From the IMG/VR virus record IMGVR_UViG_3300025131_000007, positions 71,977-135,976 of that record: a stretch of DNA of 64,000 nt; one strand, written 5' to 3'. The notes under the pieces were generated by a model. That model was not told the DNA's origin. It saw only the letters and a list, made by a program, of their open reading frames with translations, and made no database searches. The translations under genes were made by a program, and so were the position numbers. This stretch comes from a virus. How positions within the stretch are numbered: position 1 is the first letter of the stretch; every line of letters begins with the position of its first letter. This document shows positions 29,074-37,402 of this stretch, one piece after another.

Positions 29074-29245
29074 TGTGGTAAGGTTCATCCAGCCATCCGA
29101 AGAGTGGTTAGCAAAATTGTACGGGATCGTTTTGGGATGCGATGAGCATGGACGCACTGAGATTTTGTGGAGCGATGGCGACACGGATTATATGGATGGT
29201 GATGGTTTCTATGAAATGCTGGAGGTGATCAGTGAAAGTCGGTGA
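29060..29245 (+). CDS. MKVGDLV-family protein
   Basis: MKVGDVVRF...LEVISESR. Confidence 0.85.
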   Translation: MKVGDVVRFIQPSEEWLAKLYGIVLGCDEHGRTEILWSDGDTDYMDGDGFYEMLEVISESR

Positions 29246-29414
29246 CTTGGTTAAAATCACACACCCAAACGGGCATTTCCGAAAAATGGGTGTCATCGTG
29301 GGAGAAGGAAAAAGACCCTTTGAAGGCTGTTTTCGTGTGTATTGGTACATGATGAAAGGCGCAGATAACCGCGAAGGACTCCATAGGCCATTTGATTTGG
29401 AGGTGGTAGAATGA
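29232..29414 (+). CDS. MKVGDLV-family protein
   Basis: MKVGDLVKI...LEVVE. Confidence 0.85.
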   Translation: MKVGDLVKITHPNGHFRKMGVIVGEGKRPFEGCFRVYWYMMKGADNREGLHRPFDLEVVE

Positions 29415-29602
29415 AAGTCGGTGACTTGGTGAGATACTACGGGCGCGAAGAACTTGGGATCGTCGTTAAAGTTTCTGACTTTACCAAGGGACATATGGGA
29501 CACGTTGTATATGTGTGGTTTGGTCCCGATCAAGTTATTGCTCAGTTTTCAAAACACTGGTTGGAGGTGGTAAATGAAGGTCGGCGATCTTGTAACATAT
29601 AA
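29411..29602 (+). CDS. MKVGDLV-family protein
   Basis: MKVGDLVRY...LEVVNEGR. Confidence 0.85.
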   Translation: MKVGDLVRYYGREELGIVVKVSDFTKGHMGHVVYVWFGPDQVIAQFSKHWLEVVNEGRRSCNI

Positions 29603-29786
29603 AATCAGGAGTGATTTGCTTTCCCATGAACACAAAATGATGGGGATCGTCGTTAAAGTTGCCCAGGTGTCCCAATGCCTCACCGAGAAGCCGATGGTGT
29701 TGATCAATTGGGGATGGAAGAACGCGCCCCAACGATGGAACGCCATCGAATACGAAAACAGACTGAAAGTGGTTTCCGATGTTTGA
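29574..29786 (+). CDS. MKVGDLV-family protein
   Basis: MKVGDLVTY...LKVVSDV. Confidence 0.85.
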   Translation: MKVGDLVTYKIRSDLLSHEHKMMGIVVKVAQVSQCLTEKPMVLINWGWKNAPQRWNAIEYENRLKVVSDV

Positions 29787-29855
29787 CATTCTCTTGACAG
29801 CAGACTCCTTTGGAATATGGTATAACGTATCTAAGTGAAAGAACAGGAGTAAATA

Positions 29856-30035
29856 GTGAAAGTAGGTGACTTAGTGAGAGCAAAAGACCATCGGGTATTA
29901 CCCGATGGAACCGTTGGTATCATTGTCGAGGTTTATGATATTCTCTTTTGGCTGGTTCATTGGACCGTTGGAGACAGTTGTTATCGGAGATTGTGCCATG
30001 AAAATGGCATGGAGGTCATCAATGAAAGTAGGTAG
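29856..30035 (+). CDS. MKVGDLV-family protein (59 aa, not in ORF track)
   Basis: AGGAG RBS; MKVGDLVRAK...LCHENGMEVINESR. Confidence 0.82.
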   Translation: MKVGDLVRAKDHRVLPDGTVGIIVEVYDILFWLVHWTVGDSCYRRLCHENGMEVINESR

Positions 30036-30177
30036 CTTAGTTTATGATGATCATTATGGCAATGGCATTGTGATTAATTCGTGGGATGACTTCAAGGGAC
30101 AGATTGCTCGCGTGTATTTTCGAACAGGTGAGGTAATCGGGGAGTATGGCACCAAGGTGCTAACGGTTGTAAAATAA
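30022..30177 (+). CDS. MKVGDLV-family protein
   Basis: MKVGSLVYDDHYGNGIVI...LTVVK. Confidence 0.8.
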   Translation: MKVGSLVYDDHYGNGIVINSWDDFKGQIARVYFRTGEVIGEYGTKVLTVVK

Positions 30178-30188
30178 GTTTTTTCAAC

Positions 30189-30252
30189 TTTTTTCTTGAC
30201 AACTCCCTGAGAACGGGATACATTATATATACCAATAAAAATTAGGAGTAAA
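30189..30252 (+). promoter_or_regulatory. sigma70 promoter + RBS, identical 64-bp copy of 31476-31539
   Basis: TTGACA (30196)-17-TACATT...AGGAG. Confidence 0.85.
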
Positions 30253-30254
30253 TA

Positions 30255-30416
30255 GTGAAAGTAGGTAGCTTAGTTTATGATGATCATTATGGCAATGGCA
30301 TTGTGATTGAAGTTTTGAGCGTTGGCGTGGTAATCCACTTTACCGACCACAAAAAGGTTTGTTTTTTGGATCAACAATTGATAGATGCCGTTGAGGTGAT
30401 CAGTGAAGCCCGGTAA
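30255..30416 (+). CDS. MKVGDLV-family protein (53 aa, not in ORF track)
   Basis: MKVGSLVYDDHYGNGIVI...VEVISEAR. Confidence 0.82.
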   Translation: MKVGSLVYDDHYGNGIVIEVLSVGVVIHFTDHKKVCFLDQQLIDAVEVISEAR

Positions 30417-30606
30417 CTTAGTCAGAATCATCCACACCGGCTATTATGGAGCCAAAGAAGGCGTTGGGTTGGTGATGAAGGTCAGCAACCACTTTGAACA
30501 CGTTCACGGTGGTTTTCCGCGCAGCGTTACCTATGTAACCGTGAAATGGAATAGTGATACAACTACCATCGAAGAAGATGATCAGTTGGTGGTGGTGAAC
30601 AAATGA
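30403..30606 (+). CDS. MKVGDLV-family protein
   Basis: MKPGNLVRI...LVVVNK. Confidence 0.82.
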   Translation: MKPGNLVRIIHTGYYGAKEGVGLVMKVSNHFEHVHGGFPRSVTYVTVKWNSDTTTIEEDDQLVVVNK

Positions 30607-30788
30607 AAGTAGGTGATTTGGTAAAATACAATAGTCCTCATCGCAGAAGCGATATACTCGCAAGCAGGGTCGGGGTCATCATTGAAGCCCAAAAACGAAA
30701 GCACTTTCCCTTGCGTTCGGTGACCGTCTTATGGGCAAACGGGAAGAAGGGGAGTTATCCCGATAAATACTTAGAGGTGATCGCATGA
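30603..30788 (+). CDS. MKVGDLV-family protein
   Basis: MKVGDLVKY...LEVIA. Confidence 0.85.
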   Translation: MKVGDLVKYNSPHRRSDILASRVGVIIEAQKRKHFPLRSVTVLWANGKKGSYPDKYLEVIA

Positions 30789-30994
30789 AAGTAGGTGACT
30801 TGGTTGCAACAACCCATAACAGCAGAAGATATGTCGGGGTTGTGGTTGAAATTATTCAGAATGAGGTGTTTGGTTGGTCTTGCAGTCGTATGCGGGAGCT
30901 TGCAGGTCACTCTGTGTTGGTTGCTTATCCAACCGGAGAGCGCAGACGTTATAAGAATGGCGGTAGATTAGAGGTGATAAGTGAAAGCAGGTAA
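30785..30994 (+). CDS. MKVGDLV-family protein
   Basis: MKVGDLVAT...LEVISESR. Confidence 0.85.
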   Translation: MKVGDLVATTHNSRRYVGVVVEIIQNEVFGWSCSRMRELAGHSVLVAYPTGERRRYKNGGRLEVISESR

Positions 30995-31148
30995 TTTAGT
31001 GAGAATAAAACGAGGTGATTACAAAGGTAAGGTGGCTGTTGTGATCAAAGTTGCCAAACGGCTCCCCAGAGTTGTTCATTGCCTCCACTCTTGGAATCCC
31101 TCTCAAGATGAGTTTGGCTACTACAGGGAAGATTTGGAGGTATTATGA
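30981..31148 (+). CDS. MKVGDLV-family protein with canonical KOW motif (55 aa, not in ORF track)
   Basis: MKAGNLVRIKRGDYKGKVAVVIKV...DLEVL. Confidence 0.82.
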   Translation: MKAGNLVRIKRGDYKGKVAVVIKVAKRLPRVVHCLHSWNPSQDEFGYYREDLEVL

Positions 31149-31309
31149 AAGTAGGAGATTTAGTTAGACATAAAATAGGATCTCTTGATAGGAAAGGCAT
31201 TGTTACAGAATGGAACGATCACGGTGATGTATGGGTTGTGTTTTTCGATGGCAGCAAGCCTACATGGTGTCGATGGCGAAACATTGAGGTGTTAAGTGAA
31301 AGTAGGTGA
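31145..31309 (+). CDS. MKVGDLV-family protein (54 aa, not in ORF track)
   Basis: MKVGDLVRHK...IEVLSESR. Confidence 0.82.
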   Translation: MKVGDLVRHKIGSLDRKGIVTEWNDHGDVWVVFFDGSKPTWCRWRNIEVLSESR

Positions 31310-31469
31310 CTTGGTGAAATGGAACTTCAAGACCCGATACGCAGACTGGAAGGAGATAGGGATTATCATTCGCTGTATTCCCGGCACCGATAAACGAAAG
31401 GTTGTTCATTGGTCAAGCGGAGAGAGGGGTAGCTATAAACCCCACCAGTTGAAGGTGGTAAGAAAATAA
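31296..31469 (+). CDS. MKVGDLV-family protein (57 aa, not in ORF track)
   Basis: MKVGDLVKW...GIII...LKVVRK. Confidence 0.82.
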   Translation: MKVGDLVKWNFKTRYADWKEIGIIIRCIPGTDKRKVVHWSSGERGSYKPHQLKVVRK

Positions 31470-31475
31470 ATACTT

Positions 31476-31539
31476 TTTTTTCTTGACAACTCCCTGAGAA
31501 CGGGATACATTATATATACCAATAAAAATTAGGAGTAAA
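31476..31539 (+). promoter_or_regulatory. sigma70 promoter + RBS, identical 64-bp copy of 30189-30252
   Basis: TTGACA (31483)-17-TACATT...AGGAG. Confidence 0.85.
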
Positions 31540-31542
31540 CCA

Positions 31543-31695
31543 GTGCATAGATTTGGATCCATTGTAGAATACGCTAACGGCGAATATGCTATGATCATAG
31601 ACTATTACAAACCAACCAATACATATATAATTCGTTTCCTTGTTGATGAAGAAGAGATAGCCGCATCTGAAGATGAATTCACGGTGGTATCGTGA
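31543..31695 (+). CDS. MKVGDLV-related protein (50 aa, not in ORF track)
   Basis: MHRFGSIVEY...FTVVS. Confidence 0.7.
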   Translation: MHRFGSIVEYANGEYAMIIDYYKPTNTYIIRFLVDEEEIAASEDEFTVVS

Positions 31696-31856
31696 AAGTG
31701 GGTAACTTGGTCAAGACCACACCCAAAGGATACGTCGCTCTCGTTGTCGAGGGCTACAACATTCCAAAAGGCTTGTGGCGAGTCCGTTGGCTTAACGGAA
31801 TGGGCAAAGGGAAAATAGGGCTTTGCTCTGCCAAGTCGGTCGAAGTGATAGCATGA
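31692..31856 (+). CDS. MKVGDLV-family protein (54 aa, not in ORF track)
   Basis: MKVGNLVKT...WRVRW...VEVIA. Confidence 0.82.
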   Translation: MKVGNLVKTTPKGYVALVVEGYNIPKGLWRVRWLNGMGKGKIGLCSAKSVEVIA

Positions 31857-32053
31857 ACGTAGGTGATCTTATAAAAAGCACTACCCGCTATAAGGATCAG
31901 TTAATGATGGTGGTTGAGACTCGAACACTATGTGATCTGTTTGGAGAATTCCAACAAATTCGGGCACTTAGTTTAAAAACTGGCATTCAAACCCGTTGGT
32001 GCCGATCAGAAACATGGAAGGTGATAAGTGGAAAAAACTCCCATTGTAGATAA
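31853..32053 (+). CDS. MKVGDLV-family protein
   Basis: MNVGDLIKS...WKVISG. Confidence 0.8.
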   Translation: MNVGDLIKSTTRYKDQLMMVVETRTLCDLFGEFQQIRALSLKTGIQTRWCRSETWKVISGKNSHCR

Positions 32054-32145
32054 AAAAGATAAAGAAAAAACAAAAGAAGAGAAAAGATCCACACCCAAAA
32101 AAGAAGACAAGAAGCCCTTTAACGATCCTATTGACTGGTGATAAA

Positions 32146-32328
32146 ATGAAAAATAATGATAGCCAACACCACGTTGCACAAAAGAGAAAAAGAATAAATA
32201 AGAGAAATTGGTTAGCCGTTCACGCTCATAACCGTAAGGGCGGGCCAATGCAATCCAAGAAAAGGAAGGATGAACGCCGACAATCACGACAAAAATATAC
32301 TATTCGCAATTATTTCCTTGACGAATAG
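32146..32328 (+). CDS. small basic protein
   Basis: K/R-rich; RNWLAVHAHNRKGGPM. Confidence 0.6.
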   Translation: MKNNDSQHHVAQKRKRINKRNWLAVHAHNRKGGPMQSKKRKDERRQSRQKYTIRNYFLDE

Positions 32329-32372
32329 CCAAAACAGGTTAAATTATATATACAAAACAGGAGTAAAAGAAC

Positions 32373-33227
32373 ATGTCTCGATATTGTACGCAATGCTATG
32401 AGCCCGGTCACAACAGGCGCACATGCCCAGAACTAACTCAAGATCATAAGGACAATTGGGTACATTACCGTCGCCTTCACCAACAATATAAAGACGCTGG
32501 CGAAAGTCACCCTTATTATGAAAAGAGGGTAAAACATTTTAGGGATCTTATTATTGAGAGAACAGGCACAGACCCAGAAACCGGCGCCAAAGTAACGAAG
32601 AAGACTCAGAAAGAACTATCACGAAAGAAAATAATGTGTTCATATTGCCGACAAAACGGTCATACACGCCGGGTTTGTGTTCATCTCAAAGAGGATATGC
32701 AAGTCAAGCGCTACGCTTTGGGAATGTTTCGACAACAAGCACAAGACACATTAAACCAAGCAAAAATAAACTTTGGAACTCTTGCGGTTTTCGAAGTTCG
32801 TAATTTCGATCATGAAATGGGACAATGGAAATACTCTGAGCGCGTATACATGGTAACTAAATTCCGATGGAAAGACGCGGCTTATTCTAATCGGACAATG
32901 GAACAGCAATTTATAGGGATGGAATTGGTAGGTCATCGACAAGATCACTCAAATCGTGGGTATCAAGTTCGGTGGGTTTCTATTAACGCACTTGCATACC
33001 CACAAATCGGGGCTGGAAAGGTATCACATTCATCATGTGGAGTGCAAGCCCCTGAATATTGGCTTGCAGCACTCGATCACCCCAACCATGAGACGTTGAA
33101 AGCTGCTTCATTTCCTACTGGAAAAATGCGGTGTGGATCATATTCTTATGATGCTTTTAAGAATGTCGATCACCCTTTTTATATAGCGCGTGTGGCGCTT
33201 GGCTTAGACCTATCCACCGATTATTAA
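32373..33227 (+). CDS. zinc-knuckle (CCHC x2) protein
   Basis: CTQCYEPGHNRRTC and CSYCRQNGHTRRVC; TTGACG promoter at 32318 and AGGAG RBS. Confidence 0.8.
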   Translation: MSRYCTQCYEPGHNRRTCPELTQDHKDNWVHYRRLHQQYKDAGESHPYYEKRVKHFRDLIIERTGTDPETGAKVTKKTQKELSRKKIMCSYCRQNGHTRRVCVHLKEDMQVKRYALGMFRQQAQDTLNQAKINFGTLAVFEVRNFDHEMGQWKYSERVYMVTKFRWKDAAYSNRTMEQQFIGMELVGHRQDHSNRGYQVRWVSINALAYPQIGAGKVSHSSCGVQAPEYWLAALDHPNHETLKAASFPTGKMRCGSYSYDAFKNVDHPFYIARVALGLDLSTDY

Positions 33228-33257
33228 AAATAAATCAATCTTTTTTCAACTATTTTC

Positions 33258-33285
33258 TTGACAAGACCCGCCAACGGGTTATATT
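33258..33285 (+). promoter_or_regulatory. sigma70-type promoter (AACGGG family)
   Basis: TTGACA-16-TATATT; spacer CCCGCCAACGGG. Confidence 0.7.
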
Positions 33286-33332
33286 TATAATACAAGATAA
33301 GAATAAACACTTTCCCCTCAATGGAGTAACAA

Positions 33333-34421
33333 ATGACAGTAGATTTCGCAACTTTCACAAGAGTAGCCCCACATATCCTTGACGCAAAACTTCCCGTACT
33401 TGTGCGTGGTCGTCATGGTGTAGGAAAATCCCAAATAGTATATCAAATTGCAGCAGCGCGTAATCTCCCCGTTATCGAACGTCGCGCCTCTCAAATGACC
33501 GAGGGTGATCTGTTGGGTCTTCCTGATACCGCTGATACTTCTATCAATGGTCGCAAAGCTACCACCTGGAACGCTCCAGACTGGCTTGTAACTGCGTGTG
33601 AACAACCGGTGCTCTTATTCCTCGATGAAGTTGATAGAGCTACCTTAGAAGTTCGTCAAGGGCTGTTTGAGCTTACAGATAGTCGTAAGATCAACGGTTG
33701 GCATCTTCATGCTGATACTTTGATCGTTGCTGCTGTCAATGGTGGCGAAAACGGCGCTCAATATCAAGTCGGTGAAATGGATCCTGCTGAATTGGATCGT
33801 TGGACAGTGTTTGACGTTGAACCTTCTGTGGAAGACTGGCTTAAATGGGCGAATAATGATAAGATCGATAGTGTTATTTGGGATTTTATCAACACAAATC
33901 GCAACCATCTTGAGCACGTTGGTGAATTCGAGCCTAATAAGGTTTATCCTTCTCGCCGTTCGTGGGATCGTTTCAATACCACCGCTGCACCTTTGGGTGT
34001 GTTTGGTGAGGACGGCGATATGGATATGTTATTTAATCTTGCTACCGCTTTCCTTGGTTTTGAAGCTGCTGTTGCTTGTCGTGACTTTGTTGAAAAATAT
34101 GAATGGCAAGTCACTATTGAAGACATTCTTGAAAAAGGCGATCTTGCCAAAACTGAAAAATGGGGAATCAATGATCACGCTGCCATGATAGAGAAATTCG
34201 AGGCTTCAAGTGTTTTTAGTGAAACCTTGCCAGTTGCTAAAATTCGCAACCTTGCCAACTACTTTGTGAAGTTGCCTTCTGAAGTGGCTATGAAACTTTG
34301 GACCGTCATCGGTGACACCGATAATATTGATAATGTTATTGCTCTCCACAAAGCACAAACCACTGACGGCACCCTTGTCAGCGATCACTTGGTTGAAATT
34401 CTTGGTGGCAATACCGACTGA
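33333..34421 (+). CDS. MoxR-like AAA+ ATPase
   Basis: Walker A GRHGVGKS, Walker B LFLDEVDRA, AAVN sensor, DPAELDRW, PSRRSW. Confidence 0.9.
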   Translation: MTVDFATFTRVAPHILDAKLPVLVRGRHGVGKSQIVYQIAAARNLPVIERRASQMTEGDLLGLPDTADTSINGRKATTWNAPDWLVTACEQPVLLFLDEVDRATLEVRQGLFELTDSRKINGWHLHADTLIVAAVNGGENGAQYQVGEMDPAELDRWTVFDVEPSVEDWLKWANNDKIDSVIWDFINTNRNHLEHVGEFEPNKVYPSRRSWDRFNTTAAPLGVFGEDGDMDMLFNLATAFLGFEAAVACRDFVEKYEWQVTIEDILEKGDLAKTEKWGINDHAAMIEKFEASSVFSETLPVAKIRNLANYFVKLPSEVAMKLWTVIGDTDNIDNVIALHKAQTTDGTLVSDHLVEILGGNTD

Positions 34422-34681
34422 TGGAAGGGTGGCGCAAAAACAGGCGCAAGATCCCCCCACCAACCCGCCAAGGGATCGGTGTGGGGGATCTTCTTTTACG
34501 TGAGTGTGACAAACGTCTTTGTATCGTGTTAAATGTAGAAAAGAGCGCAAAAGCTGTGTATGGTATGTCTGGGGAATATAGGGCAAATTACCGTTTATAT
34601 ACAGCAAAGGGCAACTTGAGGGTTAAAGATACAGAGATTATTGCGGGTTATGAAGTTTTAAGTTATGCTTTACGAGAATAA
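34421..34681 (+). CDS. KOW/SH3-like small protein
   Basis: IGVGDLL...CIVL...YEVLS. Confidence 0.65.
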   Translation: MEGWRKNRRKIPPPTRQGIGVGDLLLRECDKRLCIVLNVEKSAKAVYGMSGEYRANYRLYTAKGNLRVKDTEIIAGYEVLSYALRE

Positions 34682-34703
34682 TACAGAAAACGCATATTTC
34701 TTC

Positions 34704-34732
34704 TTGACAAACCCCGTTCAACGGGATACATT
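34704..34732 (+). promoter_or_regulatory. sigma70 promoter, ~45 bp identical to the 37006 copy
   Basis: TTGACA-17-TACATT; spacer inverted repeat CCCGTT-C-AACGGG. Confidence 0.8.
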
Positions 34733-34756
34733 ATATATACAATGGGAGTACATTAA

Positions 34757-36073
34757 ATGACAGAAGAGAACAAATCACCGAAAAACGTGGAATCCACAAC
34801 GGATAATAAAGTTGTGCATCCACCTTTTAATCTTAATATGCACACTGCGCGGCTACTCATGCGAGAACCGTTCTTTGCTGCTCTTAGTCGTCGGATCGAT
34901 AAGACCGCGAGCACCGCAATACCGACCGCTGGGGTTCGGGTCAATCCTGATCGCGCACAGTTTGAAATGCTTTACAATCCTGAGTTTTTCGCTCAGTTGA
35001 AAGATGAACATAAGTTAGGCGTGTTAATGCACGAATTCTATCATATCATCTTTGAGCATGTGACCGGGCGTAAACCCTCCGATGGCCTTAAACGCATTGA
35101 TAACATAGCGATGGATCTGGCGATTAACGGTTTGCCCGAAATGCGTGGTAAATTGCCATGTGAAGCCGAACCGGGGCCTATTATTGGGAAAAAGCCTATG
35201 AAGGCCTGTATGCCCGGTGAAGGCCCATTCAAGGATCTACCGGCTGGTAAAACCTATGAATGGTATCTTGCTGCTCTTAAAAAGAAACAAGAAGAACAAC
35301 AAAATGAGAAAGGTGAAGGTGAGCCCGGCGAAGGTCAGCCCGGTGAAGGCAGTGGGCAACCCGGTGATGGCGATCCGTTCGGTGGAATGGATTCATTCGA
35401 TGAACATGATCAGTTCGGTGAGGCCGATGGAACAACCAAAGATATAGCCAAAGAAAGACTGAAAGAGGCACTTAAAAAGGCTTCAGAAGAAGCAGAACGC
35501 GCCCGTAATTGGGGTTCTGTATCGTCTTCCATGCGACAGGAGATACTTGATCGGATTAGCACCAAAGTTGACTGGCGCAAAGTGCTTAGATACTTCGTGA
35601 AAACCTCTCAGCGCGCCGATCGTTTCTCTACTCCACGCCGCTTGAACAAGCGTTTTCCTAAGATCCATCCTGGCAAGCGAGTGCGCCGCCATGCTCGAAT
35701 CGCTATCTCTATCGATCAGTCTGGATCGGTGGATGATGGGATGCTCGCAGCGTTCTTTTCAGAGTTAAATAAACTTGCTGAGATAGCCGAGTTTACTGTG
35801 GTGCCATTTGATACCACAGTAGCAGAGGATAAAGTATATGTTTGGAAAAAAGGGCAAACCAAAAAGACCGAACGCGTTTTGTGTGGTGGAACGTGCTTTG
35901 ACGCTCCAACGCGATATGTGAACGAGCGCAAATTTGACGGTCATATTATACTTACTGATATGATGGCACCTAAGCCAGTTCCCTCCGCATGTCAGCGCAT
36001 GTGGATGACCACCAAAGCGAACGTTGGCCGGCCATACTTTCAAACCAACGAACGCGTTATAGCAGTAGACTAA
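34757..36073 (+). CDS. HEXXH metallopeptidase-like + VWA domain protein (DUF2201-type MoxR partner)
   Basis: HEFYH, NIAMDLAIN, G/E-rich linker, MIDAS DQSGS, GGT.F, LTD. Confidence 0.9.
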   Translation: MTEENKSPKNVESTTDNKVVHPPFNLNMHTARLLMREPFFAALSRRIDKTASTAIPTAGVRVNPDRAQFEMLYNPEFFAQLKDEHKLGVLMHEFYHIIFEHVTGRKPSDGLKRIDNIAMDLAINGLPEMRGKLPCEAEPGPIIGKKPMKACMPGEGPFKDLPAGKTYEWYLAALKKKQEEQQNEKGEGEPGEGQPGEGSGQPGDGDPFGGMDSFDEHDQFGEADGTTKDIAKERLKEALKKASEEAERARNWGSVSSSMRQEILDRISTKVDWRKVLRYFVKTSQRADRFSTPRRLNKRFPKIHPGKRVRRHARIAISIDQSGSVDDGMLAAFFSELNKLAEIAEFTVVPFDTTVAEDKVYVWKKGQTKKTERVLCGGTCFDAPTRYVNERKFDGHIILTDMMAPKPVPSACQRMWMTTKANVGRPYFQTNERVIAVD

Positions 36074-36084
36074 GGAATCAACAC

Positions 36085-36396
36085 ATGAAAAGATTAATGA
36101 ACAGTCACGTAATAAAAGCATGGGTAGATGGAGAAGCAGCAAAAAACCACAAAGGCACACTTACAGCTTTTGGTTGTGGTGGTTTGTATAGCTATCATCT
36201 TAAAATAGGTCAACGAACTAAGACGGGGGTATGTGTTTTAAGCGAGTTTAACGCCCGTACGGGTAGTTTTCGCTCACAAACTACGTCTACCCACGTAAAC
36301 CTTGCTAAGCGCGTTATACGCGGCTCTGGGGGGCTTGTGATGCACCCTCGAGTATGGGAAACTTCACCACTCCATGAAGATGAGCTTCCGTTCTGA
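36085..36396 (+). CDS. hypothetical protein
   Basis: AAGGA RBS; LYSY...IG...SQTTSTHV motif. Confidence 0.7.
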   Translation: MKRLMNSHVIKAWVDGEAAKNHKGTLTAFGCGGLYSYHLKIGQRTKTGVCVLSEFNARTGSFRSQTTSTHVNLAKRVIRGSGGLVMHPRVWETSPLHEDELPF

Positions 36397-36665
36397 TGTC
36401 GGATGATCAATATAAAGATTATCCTAATGTCGTTGATTTCCACGCGTGGAAAAAACAGAAAGATGTCGACGACGAAGAAGATTTAAAGGAAAGTTTAGGC
36501 TATTTTCGTCAATTGTTAAATGACATCGTTGGCGATATGGGATTAGGAGATCCTGCTTATCGCACTTTTCATATTCCGTTAGGTGATGAGTTACTGTCGG
36601 GATCTTCTACATTTTTTGACTTTGAAGAATGGGATCCAATGGGCGACGACGATGAAACAAGGTAA
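36396..36665 (+). CDS. acidic hypothetical protein
   Basis: TGATG coupling; NVVDF motif. Confidence 0.65.
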   Translation: MSDDQYKDYPNVVDFHAWKKQKDVDDEEDLKESLGYFRQLLNDIVGDMGLGDPAYRTFHIPLGDELLSGSSTFFDFEEWDPMGDDDETR

Positions 36666-36870
36666 ATTAAGGGTTGGTGATCTGGTTTGTATCACCAAGC
36701 ACACCGATGATGATCGCCTTCCTACTTCACGTATCGGCATTTTGTTGCGGAGGCTCCGCACTACCGTTCATTATACCGATACGCGCCCGGCCGCCACCCC
36801 TGTGTGGTTTATCCAGTTTACTAACGGTGAGATATTACAGTTTCACGAAATGTATATAAAAAAGGTATAG
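36652..36870 (+). CDS. KOW/SH3-like small protein
   Basis: LRVGDLV...IGILL...WFIQF. Confidence 0.7.
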   Translation: MKQGKLRVGDLVCITKHTDDDRLPTSRIGILLRRLRTTVHYTDTRPAATPVWFIQFTNGEILQFHEMYIKKV

Positions 36871-37005
36871 AATAATGAATCTTGAAACAAATCTAATAGT
36901 TACGCTTGCCGCCATCGTAAAAATGCTATCCTACTGTTATCCGGTGCTGATCGTGGCTATTCTTATGATGATAGCAGAAAAACACATCAAACCCGATCTT
37001 TCTTC

Positions 37006-37034
37006 TTGACAAACCCCGTTCAACGGGATACATT
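37006..37034 (+). promoter_or_regulatory. sigma70 promoter, copy of 34704
   Basis: TTGACA-17-TACATT. Confidence 0.8.
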
Positions 37035-37063
37035 ATATATACACAATGAATAGGAGTGTAAAA

Positions 37064-37387
37064 ATGGATACAAACAAAGCAACATTGCTCCACTGTAGGG
37101 CCACAAGACAACGCTTGATAAACGAAACGGTTGAAGCGCTGCAAAATAGACGAACTGATATCATGCTTGTTATGGGTTTCTATCGCATAATGGAATCCGC
37201 AGATATTCCTTTGATTATGGCAGCACACAAAGCTGTGGGTCAGCGCGTGGTGGATGCTGTTATGAAAGCAACCGACAATAAAGATCCACAATGCCCACTT
37301 TATGAGTCGTTACAAGAGAGTAGCGCTTTTAACCAAAAGATAGAACACGCTGTATCTCTTTATAAGGCTGGATACGCCCCACAATAA
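37064..37387 (+). CDS. hypothetical protein
   Basis: AGGAG RBS after promoter. Confidence 0.7.
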   Translation: MDTNKATLLHCRATRQRLINETVEALQNRRTDIMLVMGFYRIMESADIPLIMAAHKAVGQRVVDAVMKATDNKDPQCPLYESLQESSAFNQKIEHAVSLYKAGYAPQ

Positions 37388-37402
37388 AAGTCAACTATTT
37401 TC

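Larger units (their letters stand above)
26275..32053 (+). repeat. Array 1 of ~26 tandem MKVGDLV-family mini-genes with conserved junction repeat
   Basis: Junction consensus GAGGTGRTHA-RTGAAAGTMGGTGAYTT recurs every ~150-210 nt (e.g. 27646, 28851, 29050, 29222, 30012, 30393, 30971, 31286). Confidence 0.85.

Noticed and set aside
26275-32053. CRISPR array (repeat-spacer periodicity)
   Set aside because: Repeats are degenerate and coding, spacers are well over 100 nt and are open reading frames, and no cas genes are present.
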